DNA of 64,000 nucleotides from Cyanobacteria bacterium J06626_4 (GTDB taxonomy: Bacteria > Cyanobacteriota > Cyanobacteriia > Phormidesmidales > Phormidesmidaceae): NCBI GenBank assembly GCA_038523235.1, contig JBCBJQ010000012.1, forward strand, positions 35,307 through 99,306, read 5' to 3'. Under the pieces are notes generated by a model. That model was given only the letters and a program-made list of their open reading frames with translations, ran no database searches and was not told the DNA's origin. The position numbers and the translations under genes are program-made. This document shows, piece by piece, positions 48,791 through 59,870 of the stretch; the stretch's first letter is position 1, and each line of letters starts with the position of its first letter.

Positions 48791-50224
48791 ATGTCTAACA
48801 AACTGTGGAAAGTATTGCTAGCTAGCCCCGCTGTTTTGGGGTTAGGCTTTGCAAATCCGGCAAATGCTGAAACTACTAGCATTGATGCTCTAGAAGCTAA
48901 CCAAGACAGTGTTCAACTGGCTCAAGTTAGCACTGTTGATGAGCTGGTCGACGTTGATCCGACTGCTTGGGCTTTCAGCGCCCTGCAGAGCTTAGTCGAA
49001 GACTACGCTTGTATCGAAGGTGACTTTGGCACCAACACTTTCCGTGGCAACCAGTTCATGACTCGTTTTGAGTTTGCTGCTGGTTTGAACAAGTGCTTGG
49101 ATTCCATCCGCTTCTTGATCGGCGAAGGTATCGATGCTGAGACTTTAGCCACTATTCAGCGCCTGCAAGAGGAGTTTGCGGCTGAGCTCGCAACGCTGCG
49201 CGGTCGCGTCGATGCGCTTGAAGCTGAAACTGCTGAGCTGCGTGCTCAGCAATTCTCGACTACCACCAAATTGCGTGGTCAGGTTGATGCTAACTTGGTT
49301 GTTCCTTTCGACAACTTAGGTGACGGCAGCGACGACGACAGCACGACCTTCAACGCACGTGCTCGTTTGAACTTCGACGCTAGCTTCACTGGCGATGATC
49401 GCTTGCGCGTGCGCTTACAGTCCGGTGATGATAGAGGGGCTCTAGCTGCAGCTGGCGGCTTAGCCAATTCTAGTAACGAAAGTGAGTTCGGCGTCGTAGA
49501 TATCGATGATCTGTACTACAGCTTTGGTGTCGGTGATAACCTCGACTTCATCATCGCCGCTAACAGCATTGCAACTGATGACTTTGTAACCAGCACCATC
49601 GTTCCTTTTGATGGTCCTAGTGTGGCTGACCCCGGTGGTCCCCTGCTTTATGACTTTGACATGGGCGGTGGCGGCTTCGCTGTCGGTGGTAGCTTTGGTA
49701 TCGGCGATAACTTTGTTATTGATGCCGGTTACTCGGGCGACCAAGGCGGCAGCGGCACCAATGATCCTGATGATGGCGGTATCTTTGGCGCTGACTCTCA
49801 GTCCTATATCGTTCAAGGTAGCTACATCAGCGATGGCTTCTTTGACTTAGGTTTGGCTTATCTGCACGGTAATGATGGTGATGACAACGACTTCACTGAC
49901 ACCTTTGCTGCGCTTCTCAACCTCGATTTCAACGGCTTCTTCGTAGCGGGTACCTTCGCTTTCCATGACAATGGCGATGATGATGACACCTCCTTCATGG
50001 TGGGTGCTGGTTTCAGCGACTTCTTGATCGAAGGTTCTGATGTCGGTGTTTACTATGCTGACTTGCCTGACTACGACGATGATCCCTACATGATTGAGGG
50101 TTACTGGGGTATTCCGGTCAACCAGTTCTTGACCTTAACCCCTGCCATCATCTACGGCAACATTGACGGTGGCGGTGATGATGACAACTTCTACGGTGCC
50201 TTGCGCGCTACCTTTAGCTTCTAA
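48791..50224 (+). CDS. Cyanobacterial outer-membrane porin (SLH + coiled coil + OprB-type barrel; SomA/SomB family)
   Basis: 'DVDPTAWAFSALQSLVEDYACI', 'TRFEFAAGLNKCL', 'QFSTTTKLRG' and C-terminal 'LRATFSF'. Confidence 0.95.
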   Translation: MSNKLWKVLLASPAVLGLGFANPANAETTSIDALEANQDSVQLAQVSTVDELVDVDPTAWAFSALQSLVEDYACIEGDFGTNTFRGNQFMTRFEFAAGLNKCLDSIRFLIGEGIDAETLATIQRLQEEFAAELATLRGRVDALEAETAELRAQQFSTTTKLRGQVDANLVVPFDNLGDGSDDDSTTFNARARLNFDASFTGDDRLRVRLQSGDDRGALAAAGGLANSSNESEFGVVDIDDLYYSFGVGDNLDFIIAANSIATDDFVTSTIVPFDGPSVADPGGPLLYDFDMGGGGFAVGGSFGIGDNFVIDAGYSGDQGGSGTNDPDDGGIFGADSQSYIVQGSYISDGFFDLGLAYLHGNDGDDNDFTDTFAALLNLDFNGFFVAGTFAFHDNGDDDDTSFMVGAGFSDFLIEGSDVGVYYADLPDYDDDPYMIEGYWGIPVNQFLTLTPAIIYGNIDGGGDDDNFYGALRATFSF

Positions 50225-50258
50225 GCAGTCTTTACTGTTGAGCTAAGTTAATTGCATG

Positions 50259-50289
50259 AAAAAGGCTCCGGGTTTCCGGAGCCTTTTTT
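50259..50289 (+). terminator. Rho-independent terminator after the porin gene
   Basis: AAAAAGGCTCCGG-GTTT-CCGGAGCCTTTTTT. Confidence 0.9.
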
Positions 50290-50414
50290 GTTGGCATCAT
50301 CTGTGCCACCCCTTGAAGAGTCTTCTGATTTGGCGAAACTCGGGGAATCCTGCAAACCCGACCGGAGAACCGGAGTTATACTAAGAACATCGCTTTCTAT
50401 ACCTCAAATATCTT

Positions 50415-50849
50415 GTGGAACTGTCGAGTAAAAGTGAATACGCGCTGTTAGCTCTACTAGAGCTAGGTCGAGGCTTTGCCCAGGGTGAACCGATGCAAAT
50501 TCGGCAGATCGCGGCGCAACAAAATATTCCCGATCGCTATTTAGAACAGCTCTTAGCCACCCTGAGACGAGCCGGCATCGTGCGCAGTCAACGCGGCGCT
50601 AAAGGCGGTTATTTATTGGCGCGATCGCCCTGGCAGATTACGCTCTACGACGTGGTGAGCTGCATCGAAGGCTTTGACAGCAGCAAAGAACCTCCAGCGA
50701 CCCCCCAAACGTCAGAAGGCTCAGTGATTGCTGAAGTTTGGCAAACTGCTCGACAGGCGGCTGAAGACGTCTTGCAAAAACAAACGCTGCAAGACTTAGT
50801 CGATAAATGTAAGGCCAAACAGCAAGTTGACTTGATGTACTATATTTAA
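50415..50849 (+). CDS. Rrf2-family regulator, CymR-like
   Basis: '[27 protein letters not shown]'; no IscR Cys triad; C-terminal 'MYYI'; directly upstream of cysK. Confidence 0.9.
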   Translation: MELSSKSEYALLALLELGRGFAQGEPMQIRQIAAQQNIPDRYLEQLLATLRRAGIVRSQRGAKGGYLLARSPWQITLYDVVSCIEGFDSSKEPPATPQTSEGSVIAEVWQTARQAAEDVLQKQTLQDLVDKCKAKQQVDLMYYI

Positions 50850-50854
50850 CGCTT

Positions 50855-51817
50855 ATGCGGATCGCCGAAAATATTACAACGCTGATTGGACGGACGCCCC
50901 TCGTGCGACTGAACCGCATCCCTCAGGCAGAGGGTGTGCAGGCCACCATTGTGGTGAAATTAGAGGGCATGAACCCGTCAGCGTCGGTTAAAGATCGCAT
51001 TGGCATCAATATGATCAACGCTGCCGAAGCCGAGGGTAAAATCACGCCTGGCCAGACGACATTAGTTGAACCCACCTCTGGCAACACAGGTATCGCGCTG
51101 GCCATGGCAGCCGCCGCTAAAGGCTATCGGCTAATCTTAACCATGCCGGAAACCATGAGTGCCGAGCGGCGGGCCATGCTGCGGGCCTTTGGGGCGCAGC
51201 TTGAACTCACACCTGGGTTAGAAGGCATGTCAGGCTGTATTCGCTGTGCGCAACATTTGGTGAATACGCTGCCGGATGCTTACATGCTGCAGCAGTTTTC
51301 TAACCCAGCTAATCCGGCCATTCACCGGCAAACCACTGCCGAAGAAATTTGGTCAGATACCGACGGCACCGTCGATATGGTGATTGCTGGAGTCGGCACT
51401 GGAGGCACCATCACAGGCATTGCTGAAGTGCTCAAAGCCCGTAAACCCGACTTTAAAGCGATCGCCGTTGAGCCGACCAACAGCCCGGTGTTATCAGGTG
51501 GGCAGGCAGGGCCGCATAAAATTCAAGGCATTGGGGCCGGGTTTGTGCCAGCAGTGCTGAACACTGACATGATTGATGAAGTCATTACCGTCAGTGACGA
51601 CGACGCGATCGCCTATGGCCGTCGATTAGCTCGTGAAGAGGGTCTGCTCTCCGGAATTTCTACCGGAGCCGTCATGAAAGCAGCGGTAGAAGTTGGGAAT
51701 CGTCCCGAAAACGCTGGCAAGCTGATTGTGATCATCCAACCCAGTTTTGGCGAGCGATACCTGAGCACGCCCCTATTTCAAGATCCAGAACTGACTTCAC
51801 CAGTCACGCTGTATTAA
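50855..51817 (+). CDS. cysK: Cysteine synthase A
   Basis: 'NPSASVKDR' (PLP lysine), 'EPTSGNTG', 'GVGTGGT', 'HKIQGIGAG'. Confidence 0.97.
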   Translation: MRIAENITTLIGRTPLVRLNRIPQAEGVQATIVVKLEGMNPSASVKDRIGINMINAAEAEGKITPGQTTLVEPTSGNTGIALAMAAAAKGYRLILTMPETMSAERRAMLRAFGAQLELTPGLEGMSGCIRCAQHLVNTLPDAYMLQQFSNPANPAIHRQTTAEEIWSDTDGTVDMVIAGVGTGGTITGIAEVLKARKPDFKAIAVEPTNSPVLSGGQAGPHKIQGIGAGFVPAVLNTDMIDEVITVSDDDAIAYGRRLAREEGLLSGISTGAVMKAAVEVGNRPENAGKLIVIIQPSFGERYLSTPLFQDPELTSPVTLY

Positions 51818-51961
51818 TGGGATGAGTCTAGCTGGGGAGATGTTCAGACCTGTCAAACAATCCAGCATGCGGTAGTTGGCAGTCGGAATAGTCAGGCTCC
51901 TCAGATAAGCATTGCAGCAATTCCGAGTGATTCGATCAACGTGCAGGTGGCGATGCGTCGA

Positions 51962-53794
51962 TTACGCATCATTTTGGTCAGGAAGAGATAAGCGCACTAG
52001 GTGATAAGTTTCCGTGACCACCAGAGCATTTTGCTGTTCAATCGGCCAATTGAGACTCGCGATCTCATCCATCGTCCCCACCACTAAAGCAGACTCAAAT
52101 CCATTCTCATCAGACAACATTGGGGGTAATGCTGCGGGGCGTTCAACATAAATCACCGGTCTCTGCATATAAAAGACCAGGCTTGGCTTCATAAAGCCGA
52201 CCATATAAAGCGATTCATCTACCTGCTGTTCCGCGATCGCGGTTTGGGCAATTTCTCTGAGCGGTTGCTGCCGTACCTGATCAGCTAGCTGAAAGGCGGG
52301 CAAAATAGAAAACAGAATGAACGCAGCAAAAGCCACTAGGTTGACGCTCCAAAGCCAGCGACTCCGTCGTCCGAGCACCAGCCCTAGACCTGTCACCAAG
52401 GCCGCACCCCAAATCACGGTGGCCCGCACCATGATGCCAGACGCTCTGACTAACTGGGGCAGATTGGGCATGGACGGGTCGTTACCCATCCAGTTGGGAC
52501 TATAGAGCGCCGCGATCGCCAGCAAGCCAAAAACCGCCAGGTTCAGACCATAGCTGAGGCTAAACCCAATGCCGGCTTGGGGTTGGTTGGGTGCAGGGCA
52601 GCAGCGATCACTCCAGCCGAGCGCGACAAGAATGGCAGCTGCAGGCATCAGCGGTAAAACGTAGCTAGGTAGTTTCGTGACGGCAATGGTGAAAAATCCC
52701 AAAATCACCAGGAACCAAATCAGGGCAAATAGCCCTAACTGTGCTGAGCGGGGCTGTATTTGCAGGGTTTGACGCCGATGGGGCTGCAGACGGGCGATCG
52801 CCCAGGGTAAAAACGGCGACCAGGGTAAGAAGCCCACCGCAACCACTAAGAAGTAGAAATACCAAGGGGCAGCGTGACCGTTAACAACACTCGTGAAGCG
52901 CTCAACATTGTGATAGCCAAAGAACGAATCGATATAGGCGCGTCCGTTAGCCACAATCACTAACACATGCCAGGGCACCGTAATTGCCAAAAAAATGATC
53001 GCCCCTTTCACTACATGCAGCTCATGAACAGCCTGCCGCCATTCGCCGGTATACAGCAGAAAAACGCCCACGATCAGACCTGGTAGCACAATGCCGACCG
53101 GGCCTTTGGCCAGCACCGCCAGCCCTAAGAGACCGTAAGACGCGAGATACCAGTTACGCTGCCGCTGGGGAAATTGGGGCTGGGCATACCCGAAGAAAAA
53201 GGCAAACAGGGCCGTACCCATACATCCCGATAACAGCATGTCAGACACGCCAATGCGCGCCCACACAATCGTTTCGGGGTGCAGCGCCATAATTGCCGAA
53301 CCAATCACCGCTGAGATGAGCAAGTTGCGGCGGCTGAGCCGGGCCAGAGAGGCGGGCTGGCCAGGACTGGGAGCCACCACGTAGGCCGTCGCCAGCTCCG
53401 ATCGCGAAAAGCCAAAGCGAGACAGCGTATAAAACCCCATGCCAACCAGCGCCGTCGCCGACAGGGCCGACGGCAGCCGCACCGCCCATTCATTCACCCC
53501 AAAAAGATGAAACCCGAGCGCCATCAGCCAGTACACCAAGGGCGGCTTATCAAACCGGGTGACGCCATTAAAGTACGGTGTCACCCAGTCACCCGTTTCA
53601 TACATTTGGCGCGCTGCTTCGGCAAACAGAGGCTCAGTCTCATCTACTAAGCCAGTGCTGGCCAAACCCCAAAAGAACGCGATCGCGCACATCAGCACGA
53701 CCCACAACACTGCCAACCCAGCAACTAATTGTCGCGACTGAGAGCGGGTTACAGGGGATAAAGGGGTCGCACTATCCAAGGTGGAACGTTTCAT
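51962..53794 (-). CDS. ArnT/PMT-like GT-C glycosyltransferase
   Basis: 'LVDETEPLFAEAARQM...GDWVTP..NG..RFDKPPLVYW', 'AVRLPSA', 'LAKGPVG'. Start set at ATG 53794. Confidence 0.9.
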   Translation of the reverse strand: MKRSTLDSATPLSPVTRSQSRQLVAGLAVLWVVLMCAIAFFWGLASTGLVDETEPLFAEAARQMYETGDWVTPYFNGVTRFDKPPLVYWLMALGFHLFGVNEWAVRLPSALSATALVGMGFYTLSRFGFSRSELATAYVVAPSPGQPASLARLSRRNLLISAVIGSAIMALHPETIVWARIGVSDMLLSGCMGTALFAFFFGYAQPQFPQRQRNWYLASYGLLGLAVLAKGPVGIVLPGLIVGVFLLYTGEWRQAVHELHVVKGAIIFLAITVPWHVLVIVANGRAYIDSFFGYHNVERFTSVVNGHAAPWYFYFLVVAVGFLPWSPFLPWAIARLQPHRRQTLQIQPRSAQLGLFALIWFLVILGFFTIAVTKLPSYVLPLMPAAAILVALGWSDRCCPAPNQPQAGIGFSLSYGLNLAVFGLLAIAALYSPNWMGNDPSMPNLPQLVRASGIMVRATVIWGAALVTGLGLVLGRRSRWLWSVNLVAFAAFILFSILPAFQLADQVRQQPLREIAQTAIAEQQVDESLYMVGFMKPSLVFYMQRPVIYVERPAALPPMLSDENGFESALVVGTMDEIASLNWPIEQQNALVVTETYHLVRLSLPDQNDA

Positions 53795-54013
53795 AAACCA
53801 GAGCACACCGGTAATTCGCGGGTATCTATTCAGTCTTCTAGGGTACAGCGGTTTGTTCAGAGACATCGACCGCAAACGGTCACAAGTAGAGCTGTCATAG
53901 AACCCGATGATGGGGAGAAAAAACCAGCCCTTGGCATCTATGAGGCAATCTTTCACAATAAAGGACAGAACACGACGCTGAGACACCCTCAAGGTGACTG
54001 CTGGGATGCTGCA

Positions 54014-54739
54014 ATGACGATAAAGTCGATGAATACCGATCACTACCGCACGCTGAAAATTCCGGAAGCGGCGACCCAGCAAGAAGTCAAGCAGGCCTAC
54101 CGGCGGCTGGCGAAAGAACTGCACCCCGATACCCAAACAACCCCAGCGGGTCACGAAGGGATTCAGCAAATCAATGCGGCCTATGAAGTGTTGGGTGACC
54201 CCCAGCAGCGATCGCACTATGACCAGCAGCGCCGATTACACAAGGCTGGGTTTGAATCCGACAGTCAGATTCGCGATCGCACCCATCGCACCGCTCAATC
54301 GCAGGCGCAATACCGTCAGCGACGCGATGCCACCCATGCCGCCGACAATGCCTTTGAGCTGTGGCTGCGCCAAGTTTACAATCCGGTTGATCGCCTGATA
54401 GGCAAAATTTTGAAGCCTCTGAAGGCCGAAATTCGCGCGCTCTCTGGTGACCCCTTTGACGATGAGCTGATGGAGAATTTCCAAACGTATTTGGCAGACT
54501 GCCGTGAGTCTTTGGAGAAAGCTCGGAGTAAGTTCCAATCATTTCCGAATCCGGCTAGCACGGCTGGCGTAGCGGCCAACCTTTACTACTGCTTAAATCA
54601 GCTGGAGGACGGTATTGAAGAAATGGAACGCTACACCTATTGCTATGAGGAAAGCTACTTGCATACTGGACGCGAGCTGTTCAGAATTTCTACCCAACTG
54701 CGACGTGAAGCGAAGGATCAGCTGAAGATGGTGAGCTAA
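54014..54739 (+). CDS. DnaJ-domain protein
   Basis: J-domain 'HYRTL...VKQAYRRLAKELHPD...INAAYEVLGDP..R..YD'. Confidence 0.93.
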   Translation: MTIKSMNTDHYRTLKIPEAATQQEVKQAYRRLAKELHPDTQTTPAGHEGIQQINAAYEVLGDPQQRSHYDQQRRLHKAGFESDSQIRDRTHRTAQSQAQYRQRRDATHAADNAFELWLRQVYNPVDRLIGKILKPLKAEIRALSGDPFDDELMENFQTYLADCRESLEKARSKFQSFPNPASTAGVAANLYYCLNQLEDGIEEMERYTYCYEESYLHTGRELFRISTQLRREAKDQLKMVS

Positions 54740-54785
54740 GCGGGCAACACAACATCCTGCTCAACAGGCACCCGATACCGTCAAT

Positions 54786-55571
54786 ATGAAACTTCCCATC
54801 TTTCAAGTCGATGCCTTTACGGACAAAGTGTTTAGTGGTAACCCAGCGGCTGTCTGTCCGCTCGACAGCTGGTTACCAGATGCGGTCATGCAAGCAATAG
54901 CGGCAGAGAACGCCCTGGCAGAAACTGCCTTTTTTGTCCCTTGTGACGAAGCGTATGAGATTCGTTGGTTTACGCCGGAAATCGAAATGGATTTGTGCGG
55001 CCATGCCACGCTAGCTACCGCCCATGTTCTGGCCAGGCATCTCAACTGCGATCGCCCGTCAATCCAATTCCTTTCCCCTAGTGGGCCGCTCACTGTCGCC
55101 GTTAGCGAAACCTTGCTCACGCTGGACTTCCCGAGTCGTCAACCCGAGCCGGCTGTCGCCCCACCTGAGATTTTGACCGCCATTGCTCAGGCACCGATCG
55201 CGGTTTTAAAGGCGAGAGACTATCTGTTGGTTTTTGAAGATGAGGAGACAATTCGAGCCCTAAACCCTGATCGCCACCAGATGGATCAAATTAATCTTGA
55301 TCCGGGCGGTGTAATTGTCACAGCTCCTGGCACTGAGGCTGATTTCGTTTCGCGATTTTTTACACCCCAGGCCAGCATTTTTGAAGATCCGGTCACCGGC
55401 TCTGCTCATTGCTCACTGATTCCCTATTGGAGTGAAAAACTCGGCAAGGACTCGATGCGAGCGCTGCAGCTATCACCCAGAACGGGCCAGCTTGTTTGCA
55501 CCCATGCGGGCGATCGCGTACTCATTGGCGGTCAGGCCATCACTTACATGGAAGGAACAATCACCGTTTGA
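54786..55571 (+). CDS. PhzF-family isomerase/epimerase
   Basis: 'QVDAF....SGNPAAV', 'IRWFTPEIEMDLCGHATLA', 'EDPVTGSAH'. Confidence 0.95.
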   Translation: MKLPIFQVDAFTDKVFSGNPAAVCPLDSWLPDAVMQAIAAENALAETAFFVPCDEAYEIRWFTPEIEMDLCGHATLATAHVLARHLNCDRPSIQFLSPSGPLTVAVSETLLTLDFPSRQPEPAVAPPEILTAIAQAPIAVLKARDYLLVFEDEETIRALNPDRHQMDQINLDPGGVIVTAPGTEADFVSRFFTPQASIFEDPVTGSAHCSLIPYWSEKLGKDSMRALQLSPRTGQLVCTHAGDRVLIGGQAITYMEGTITV

Positions 55572-55905
55572 AGTGACTCGTCACCCAGTTTCCAGGAGAC
55601 TTGAATGCGATCGCTGTAGGGGCCATCTTGTCAAACGACAGCAGGGAACCATGTTCGCCTGATGAGAATTGACTGGTGCATTAGGTAGTGGCGGAATTGC
55701 TCGCGCTACAGGGTGCGCTGTTTGGGATTTTTGCTGAGTGTGGGCTGTTCCAGACACAGAACAGCAGGAAATCTGCCTGACAGTGAGAGAAATTTTGCCA
55801 AAATTGTTGATGGAGTAAGGTCATAAGTCTGCGACAATGAAATATTTGCTAGAAAAGCAATCGCTAAGATAGATTCATCACTCCTTCCCTCTCAGGGCTT
55901 AGACT

Positions 55906-57267
55906 ATGCCGCTTCCTGTTGTTGCCATTATTGGCCGCCCCAATGTGGGCAAATCGACCCTCGTTAACCGACTGGCGGGGGTACAGGAGGCGATTGTCTA
56001 CGACAAACCAGGCGTGACCCGCGATCGCACTTACAAGCCGGCCTTTTGGGCCGATCGCGACTATCTCGTAGTCGATACAGGCGGCCTGATTTTTGACGAC
56101 GATACGGAGTTTTTGCCCCACATTCGCGAGCAGGCTCTCACCGCCTTAGTCGAAGCGCAGGCCGCCATTATGGTCGTCGATGGTCAAGAAGGCCCCACCG
56201 AGGCCGATCGCGAGATTGCCCAATGGCTGCGTCAGCATTCCGTGCCGGTGCTGCTGGCAGTGAATAAATGCGAGTCGCCTGACGAGGGCTTGGTGCAGGC
56301 GGCACAGTTTTGGGAACTGGGGCTGGGCGAGCCCTATGCGGTGTCGGGCATTCACGGTAACGGCACGGGCGATCTGCTGGATGAGCTACTGACCCATTTG
56401 CCGCCCAATGAAGACATCGACGAGCCAGAAGAAGTGCGGGTGGCGATTGTGGGTCGCCCCAACGTCGGCAAATCCAGCTTGCTCAATGCCTTTGTCGGCG
56501 AAAATCGGGCGATCGTCAGTCCGGTTTCGGGCACGACGCGGGATGCGATCGACATGTTGGTAGAGCGCGATGAACAGCGTTATCGCCTGATCGACACTGC
56601 CGGAATTCGCAAAAAAAAGAACGTTAATTACGGGCCGGAGTTTTTTGGCATCAACCGAGCGTTTAAGGCGATTCGTCGGGCCGATGTAGTGCTGCTAGTA
56701 ATTGACGCGATCGACGGTGTCACCGAGCAAGACCAGAAGCTCGCCGGCCGCATTGAAGAAGACGGACGCGCCTGTGTCGTGGTGGTGAACAAATGGGACA
56801 CCATTGATAAAGACTCCCACACTATTTACGAGTACGATCGCACCTTAGGCAATAAGCTCTACTTTATGGACTGGGCTAAACGCATTTACACCAGTGCCCT
56901 GACCGGACAGCGCGTCCCGAAGATCCTGGATTTGGTGGATCAGGCAGTGGCCGAGCATCGGCGTCGCGTCACCACCGCGGTGGTCAACGAAGTGCTGGAA
57001 GAGGCCGCCAGCTGGCATACGCCACCCACCACCCGCCAGGGCCGTCAGGGGCGCATTTATTACGGCACGCAGGTGACGGCCCGGCCGCCCACGTTTGCCC
57101 TGTTTGTGAATGATCCCAAGCTGTTTGGCGAAGGCTACCGCCGGTATATTGAAAAACAGTTTCGGCAAAACCTCGGCTTCGAAGGCAGCCCCATTCGTTT
57201 GCTATGGCGGGGCAAAAAGATGCGAGATTTAGACCGGCAGAGTGCTAACCGCGCCACCAAAGTTTGA
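55906..57267 (+). CDS. der: Ribosome biogenesis GTPase Der (EngA)
   Basis: Two GRPNVGKS / DTxG / NKxD-type GTPase domains plus a KH-like C-terminus. Confidence 0.98.
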   Translation: MPLPVVAIIGRPNVGKSTLVNRLAGVQEAIVYDKPGVTRDRTYKPAFWADRDYLVVDTGGLIFDDDTEFLPHIREQALTALVEAQAAIMVVDGQEGPTEADREIAQWLRQHSVPVLLAVNKCESPDEGLVQAAQFWELGLGEPYAVSGIHGNGTGDLLDELLTHLPPNEDIDEPEEVRVAIVGRPNVGKSSLLNAFVGENRAIVSPVSGTTRDAIDMLVERDEQRYRLIDTAGIRKKKNVNYGPEFFGINRAFKAIRRADVVLLVIDAIDGVTEQDQKLAGRIEEDGRACVVVVNKWDTIDKDSHTIYEYDRTLGNKLYFMDWAKRIYTSALTGQRVPKILDLVDQAVAEHRRRVTTAVVNEVLEEAASWHTPPTTRQGRQGRIYYGTQVTARPPTFALFVNDPKLFGEGYRRYIEKQFRQNLGFEGSPIRLLWRGKKMRDLDRQSANRATKV

Positions 57268-57283
57268 CGTCTTGACCTAACGC

Positions 57284-58210
57284 ATGGATCTGCTCAAAAC
57301 CCTTCCCATTGGCCTCTATCTCGAAGAGCCGATCACCTGGCTGCATCGACTTGATCCCCGCGTCAAGCTGTTTTGGCTCGTCAGCATTTTAGTCAGCCCC
57401 ATCCTGGCCAACGCGGCCTGGCGGTTTTTTCTGGTGGGCTTACTGATCGCGTTGACGATTTCGGCGCTGATTCCGCTACGGGTGTGGCGACAGCAAATGG
57501 GCTGGCTGCTGTTTCTCTGCACGCTGATGCTGGTGTTGACCGCTTTGCTCCCCGACGGGCTCGCAATTAATTATCAAACCCCAGTGCCCACAGCTGCCAC
57601 AATCGGGCAGATCACCCCCTCACCAGATCAATTCCCAACGGCGGCATTGACGCTACCACCGCCGACAGGCTATCAGTATGTGCTGGTAGATCAAGGGCCG
57701 CTCACAGTCACGCAGCGATCGCTGGAGTTAGGCATTCGTATTAGCACTCTGCTGTTTACGCTCATCTACGGCACTAACTTGTTTTTGCTCACTACCGCTT
57801 CAGAAGAAGTCACCGTGGCCCTCGAAGTGCTGATGTGGCCGCTGCGCCCCCTCAAAGCGCCCGTGACTGAGATTGCCCTCACGGTGACTCTGGCACTGCG
57901 GTTCATCCCCCTCGTACTGGAAGAAACTCAGAACCTGATCCGCTCGGTACAAACTCGCGCCATCAATTGGAAAAAGCTCGGCTTTCGCGGTTCGGCTCAG
58001 GTCTGGCTGGCCCTGGTCGAACGCCTGCTCAAAAATTTGCTGTTGCGGGCCGAACAAACGGCAGCAGCGATGGCCGTGCGCGGCTTTACGACCCCAGACA
58101 CCCATCGCGTCAAATGGTCAGTGTTGCGGCTCAAGACCGTCGATGTGGTCGCGATCGCCCTGATGGCCATCTTTTGGTATGCCCGCTGGGTTTGGGGTGG
58201 CGAAGGGTAG
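57284..58210 (+). CDS. ECF transporter T component (EcfT/CbiQ, Ycf92-like)
   Basis: 'LHRLDPRVKL', 'LALRFIPLVLEE', XRX motifs TRA and VRG. Confidence 0.92.
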   Translation: MDLLKTLPIGLYLEEPITWLHRLDPRVKLFWLVSILVSPILANAAWRFFLVGLLIALTISALIPLRVWRQQMGWLLFLCTLMLVLTALLPDGLAINYQTPVPTAATIGQITPSPDQFPTAALTLPPPTGYQYVLVDQGPLTVTQRSLELGIRISTLLFTLIYGTNLFLLTTASEEVTVALEVLMWPLRPLKAPVTEIALTVTLALRFIPLVLEETQNLIRSVQTRAINWKKLGFRGSAQVWLALVERLLKNLLLRAEQTAAAMAVRGFTTPDTHRVKWSVLRLKTVDVVAIALMAIFWYARWVWGGEG

Positions 58211-58212
58211 CC

Positions 58213-59709
58213 ATGCTAGCACCGTGGTATGTGCGTTCGCTGCCCCTGCTGCAGCGAACGGGGTCTCAGATCTTTCAAGCGCTCTATGGGCAGCCACCGC
58301 CACCTGACGCCGGCCAAGCCGCTGCGCGCCCCTGGCAAACCATTGCCACCCTGCTAGAGAGTCCAGCCACACTGCCGGTCGAAACCCCCCAGGCTCGCCT
58401 CGCCCGCTATTCCATTTGTGCCGGGCCACCGCGTTGCGCCAACGGTCAGCCACAGCTGTGGACGCCGCCGGTGGGCCAGATTCTGCCGATGTTGGGCGAT
58501 CGGCTGGCGACCCCTCACCCGGATACCGTACTGCTAAATGAGCGCGGCCAGCCTTGGCACCATCCTCCTGAACCCTTTGCGGGAGGCTGGCTGGGCTGGT
58601 TGGGCTATGACCTGGCCTGGGAAATCGAAACGCTGCCGAACCAAAATCCCGATCCGCTGCCGTTTCCCGTCGCATTTTGGTACGAACCAGCCACCTTTGC
58701 CGTGCTTGACCATCAGCAACAGCGGCTGCAGTTGGCCGCGACGACCCCCGCTCAACTAGATGATTTGCAGCAACGGCTCGAACAGCCCCTCCTGACCTCG
58801 ACGACGATGACGATCGTGACCGAGCCGCTCACACTGATGTCGTCCCAATCCGCCTATGAAGCAGCAGTGCGGCAAGCCCTGGCCTACATTCGCGCTGGGG
58901 ATATTTTTCAGGCCAACCTGTCTTTGCGCTTTGCCACCCAGACTTCAGCCGATAGCTGGGCTATTTACCAACAGCTACATGCGATCAATCCTTCACCGTT
59001 TGCTAGCTATTGGCGTACCCCCTGGGGGGCCGTGGTGAGCTGCTCGCCCGAGCGCTTGGTGTCACTGCAGGGCGATCGCGCCGAAACTCGCCCGATTGCT
59101 GGTACACGGCCTCGGGGCAATACTCCGCAACGCGATCAAGCGCTGAGTCAAGAACTGCTGCGTAACCGCAAAGAGCAAGCCGAACACATCATGCTGGTGG
59201 ATTTAGAACGCAACGACTTGGGCCGCGTGTGCACCTGGGGCAGTGTTCAGGTGGATGAGCTGATGGTGCTCGAGCCCTACAGCCACGTGATGCATTTAGT
59301 CAGTAATGTGATTGGCAACTTAGCGCCCGGCCACACCGCCATTGATCTGATTCGCGCCACCTTTCCCGGCGGCACGATTACCGGCTGCCCCAAGGTCCGC
59401 TGCTTAGAGATCATTGAAGAACTAGAGACCGTTAAGCGCAGTTTGTTCTACGGTTCCTGCGGCTTTTTAGACTGGCGCGGTCATTTAGATCTGAATATTT
59501 TGATCAGAACCCTGCTGTGGGTGCCAAACGACGCGAACTCGATGCCAACCGTTTGGGGGCAGGTAGGCGCCGGAATCGTCGCCGACAGTCAACCGACGCA
59601 CGAATGGCACGAGTCTTTACAAAAGGCCCAAGCTCAACTGCTCGCCCTCGGGGTCACCCTAAAAGGCAGCGATCGCCCACTTTCCATAGACAATTTACAC
59701 CAAGCCTGA
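58213..59709 (+). CDS. Anthranilate synthase component I family protein (PabB-like)
   Basis: 'GDIFQANLS', 'SPERL', 'PIAGTRPRG', 'EHIMLVDLERNDLGRV', 'FPGGTITGCPK', 'NILIRT'. Confidence 0.92.
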   Translation: MLAPWYVRSLPLLQRTGSQIFQALYGQPPPPDAGQAAARPWQTIATLLESPATLPVETPQARLARYSICAGPPRCANGQPQLWTPPVGQILPMLGDRLATPHPDTVLLNERGQPWHHPPEPFAGGWLGWLGYDLAWEIETLPNQNPDPLPFPVAFWYEPATFAVLDHQQQRLQLAATTPAQLDDLQQRLEQPLLTSTTMTIVTEPLTLMSSQSAYEAAVRQALAYIRAGDIFQANLSLRFATQTSADSWAIYQQLHAINPSPFASYWRTPWGAVVSCSPERLVSLQGDRAETRPIAGTRPRGNTPQRDQALSQELLRNRKEQAEHIMLVDLERNDLGRVCTWGSVQVDELMVLEPYSHVMHLVSNVIGNLAPGHTAIDLIRATFPGGTITGCPKVRCLEIIEELETVKRSLFYGSCGFLDWRGHLDLNILIRTLLWVPNDANSMPTVWGQVGAGIVADSQPTHEWHESLQKAQAQLLALGVTLKGSDRPLSIDNLHQA

Positions 59710-59739
59710 ACTTGTCAAACCCAGGAAAGGTTCTTGTTT

Positions 59740-59754
59740 GTGTAAATACTTACA
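59740..59754 (+). promoter_or_regulatory. Possible NtcA-like site upstream of pipX
   Basis: GTG-N8-TAC (59740-59753) overlapping the palindrome TGTAA-N4-TTACA; non-canonical. Confidence 0.35.
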
Positions 59755-59870
59755 GTCGAGAAATCCGTTTAAAGCATCAAACTTCTAAAAAACTATAGTC
59801 TTGCAACACATGATGGCTTAAAGTGTGGGGATGACAAAGTTACCCAACCTATTAGTTTCTCCCGCCCTGA

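Noticed and set aside
53795..54217. N-terminal extension of the 751-aa minus-strand ORF
   Set aside because: Overlaps the DnaJ-domain gene antisense; glycosyltransferase features start only after ATG 53794
57967..58212. N-terminal extension of the 580-aa PabB-like ORF
   Set aside because: Overlaps ecfT in another frame; ATG 58213 directly after the ecfT stop is more plausible
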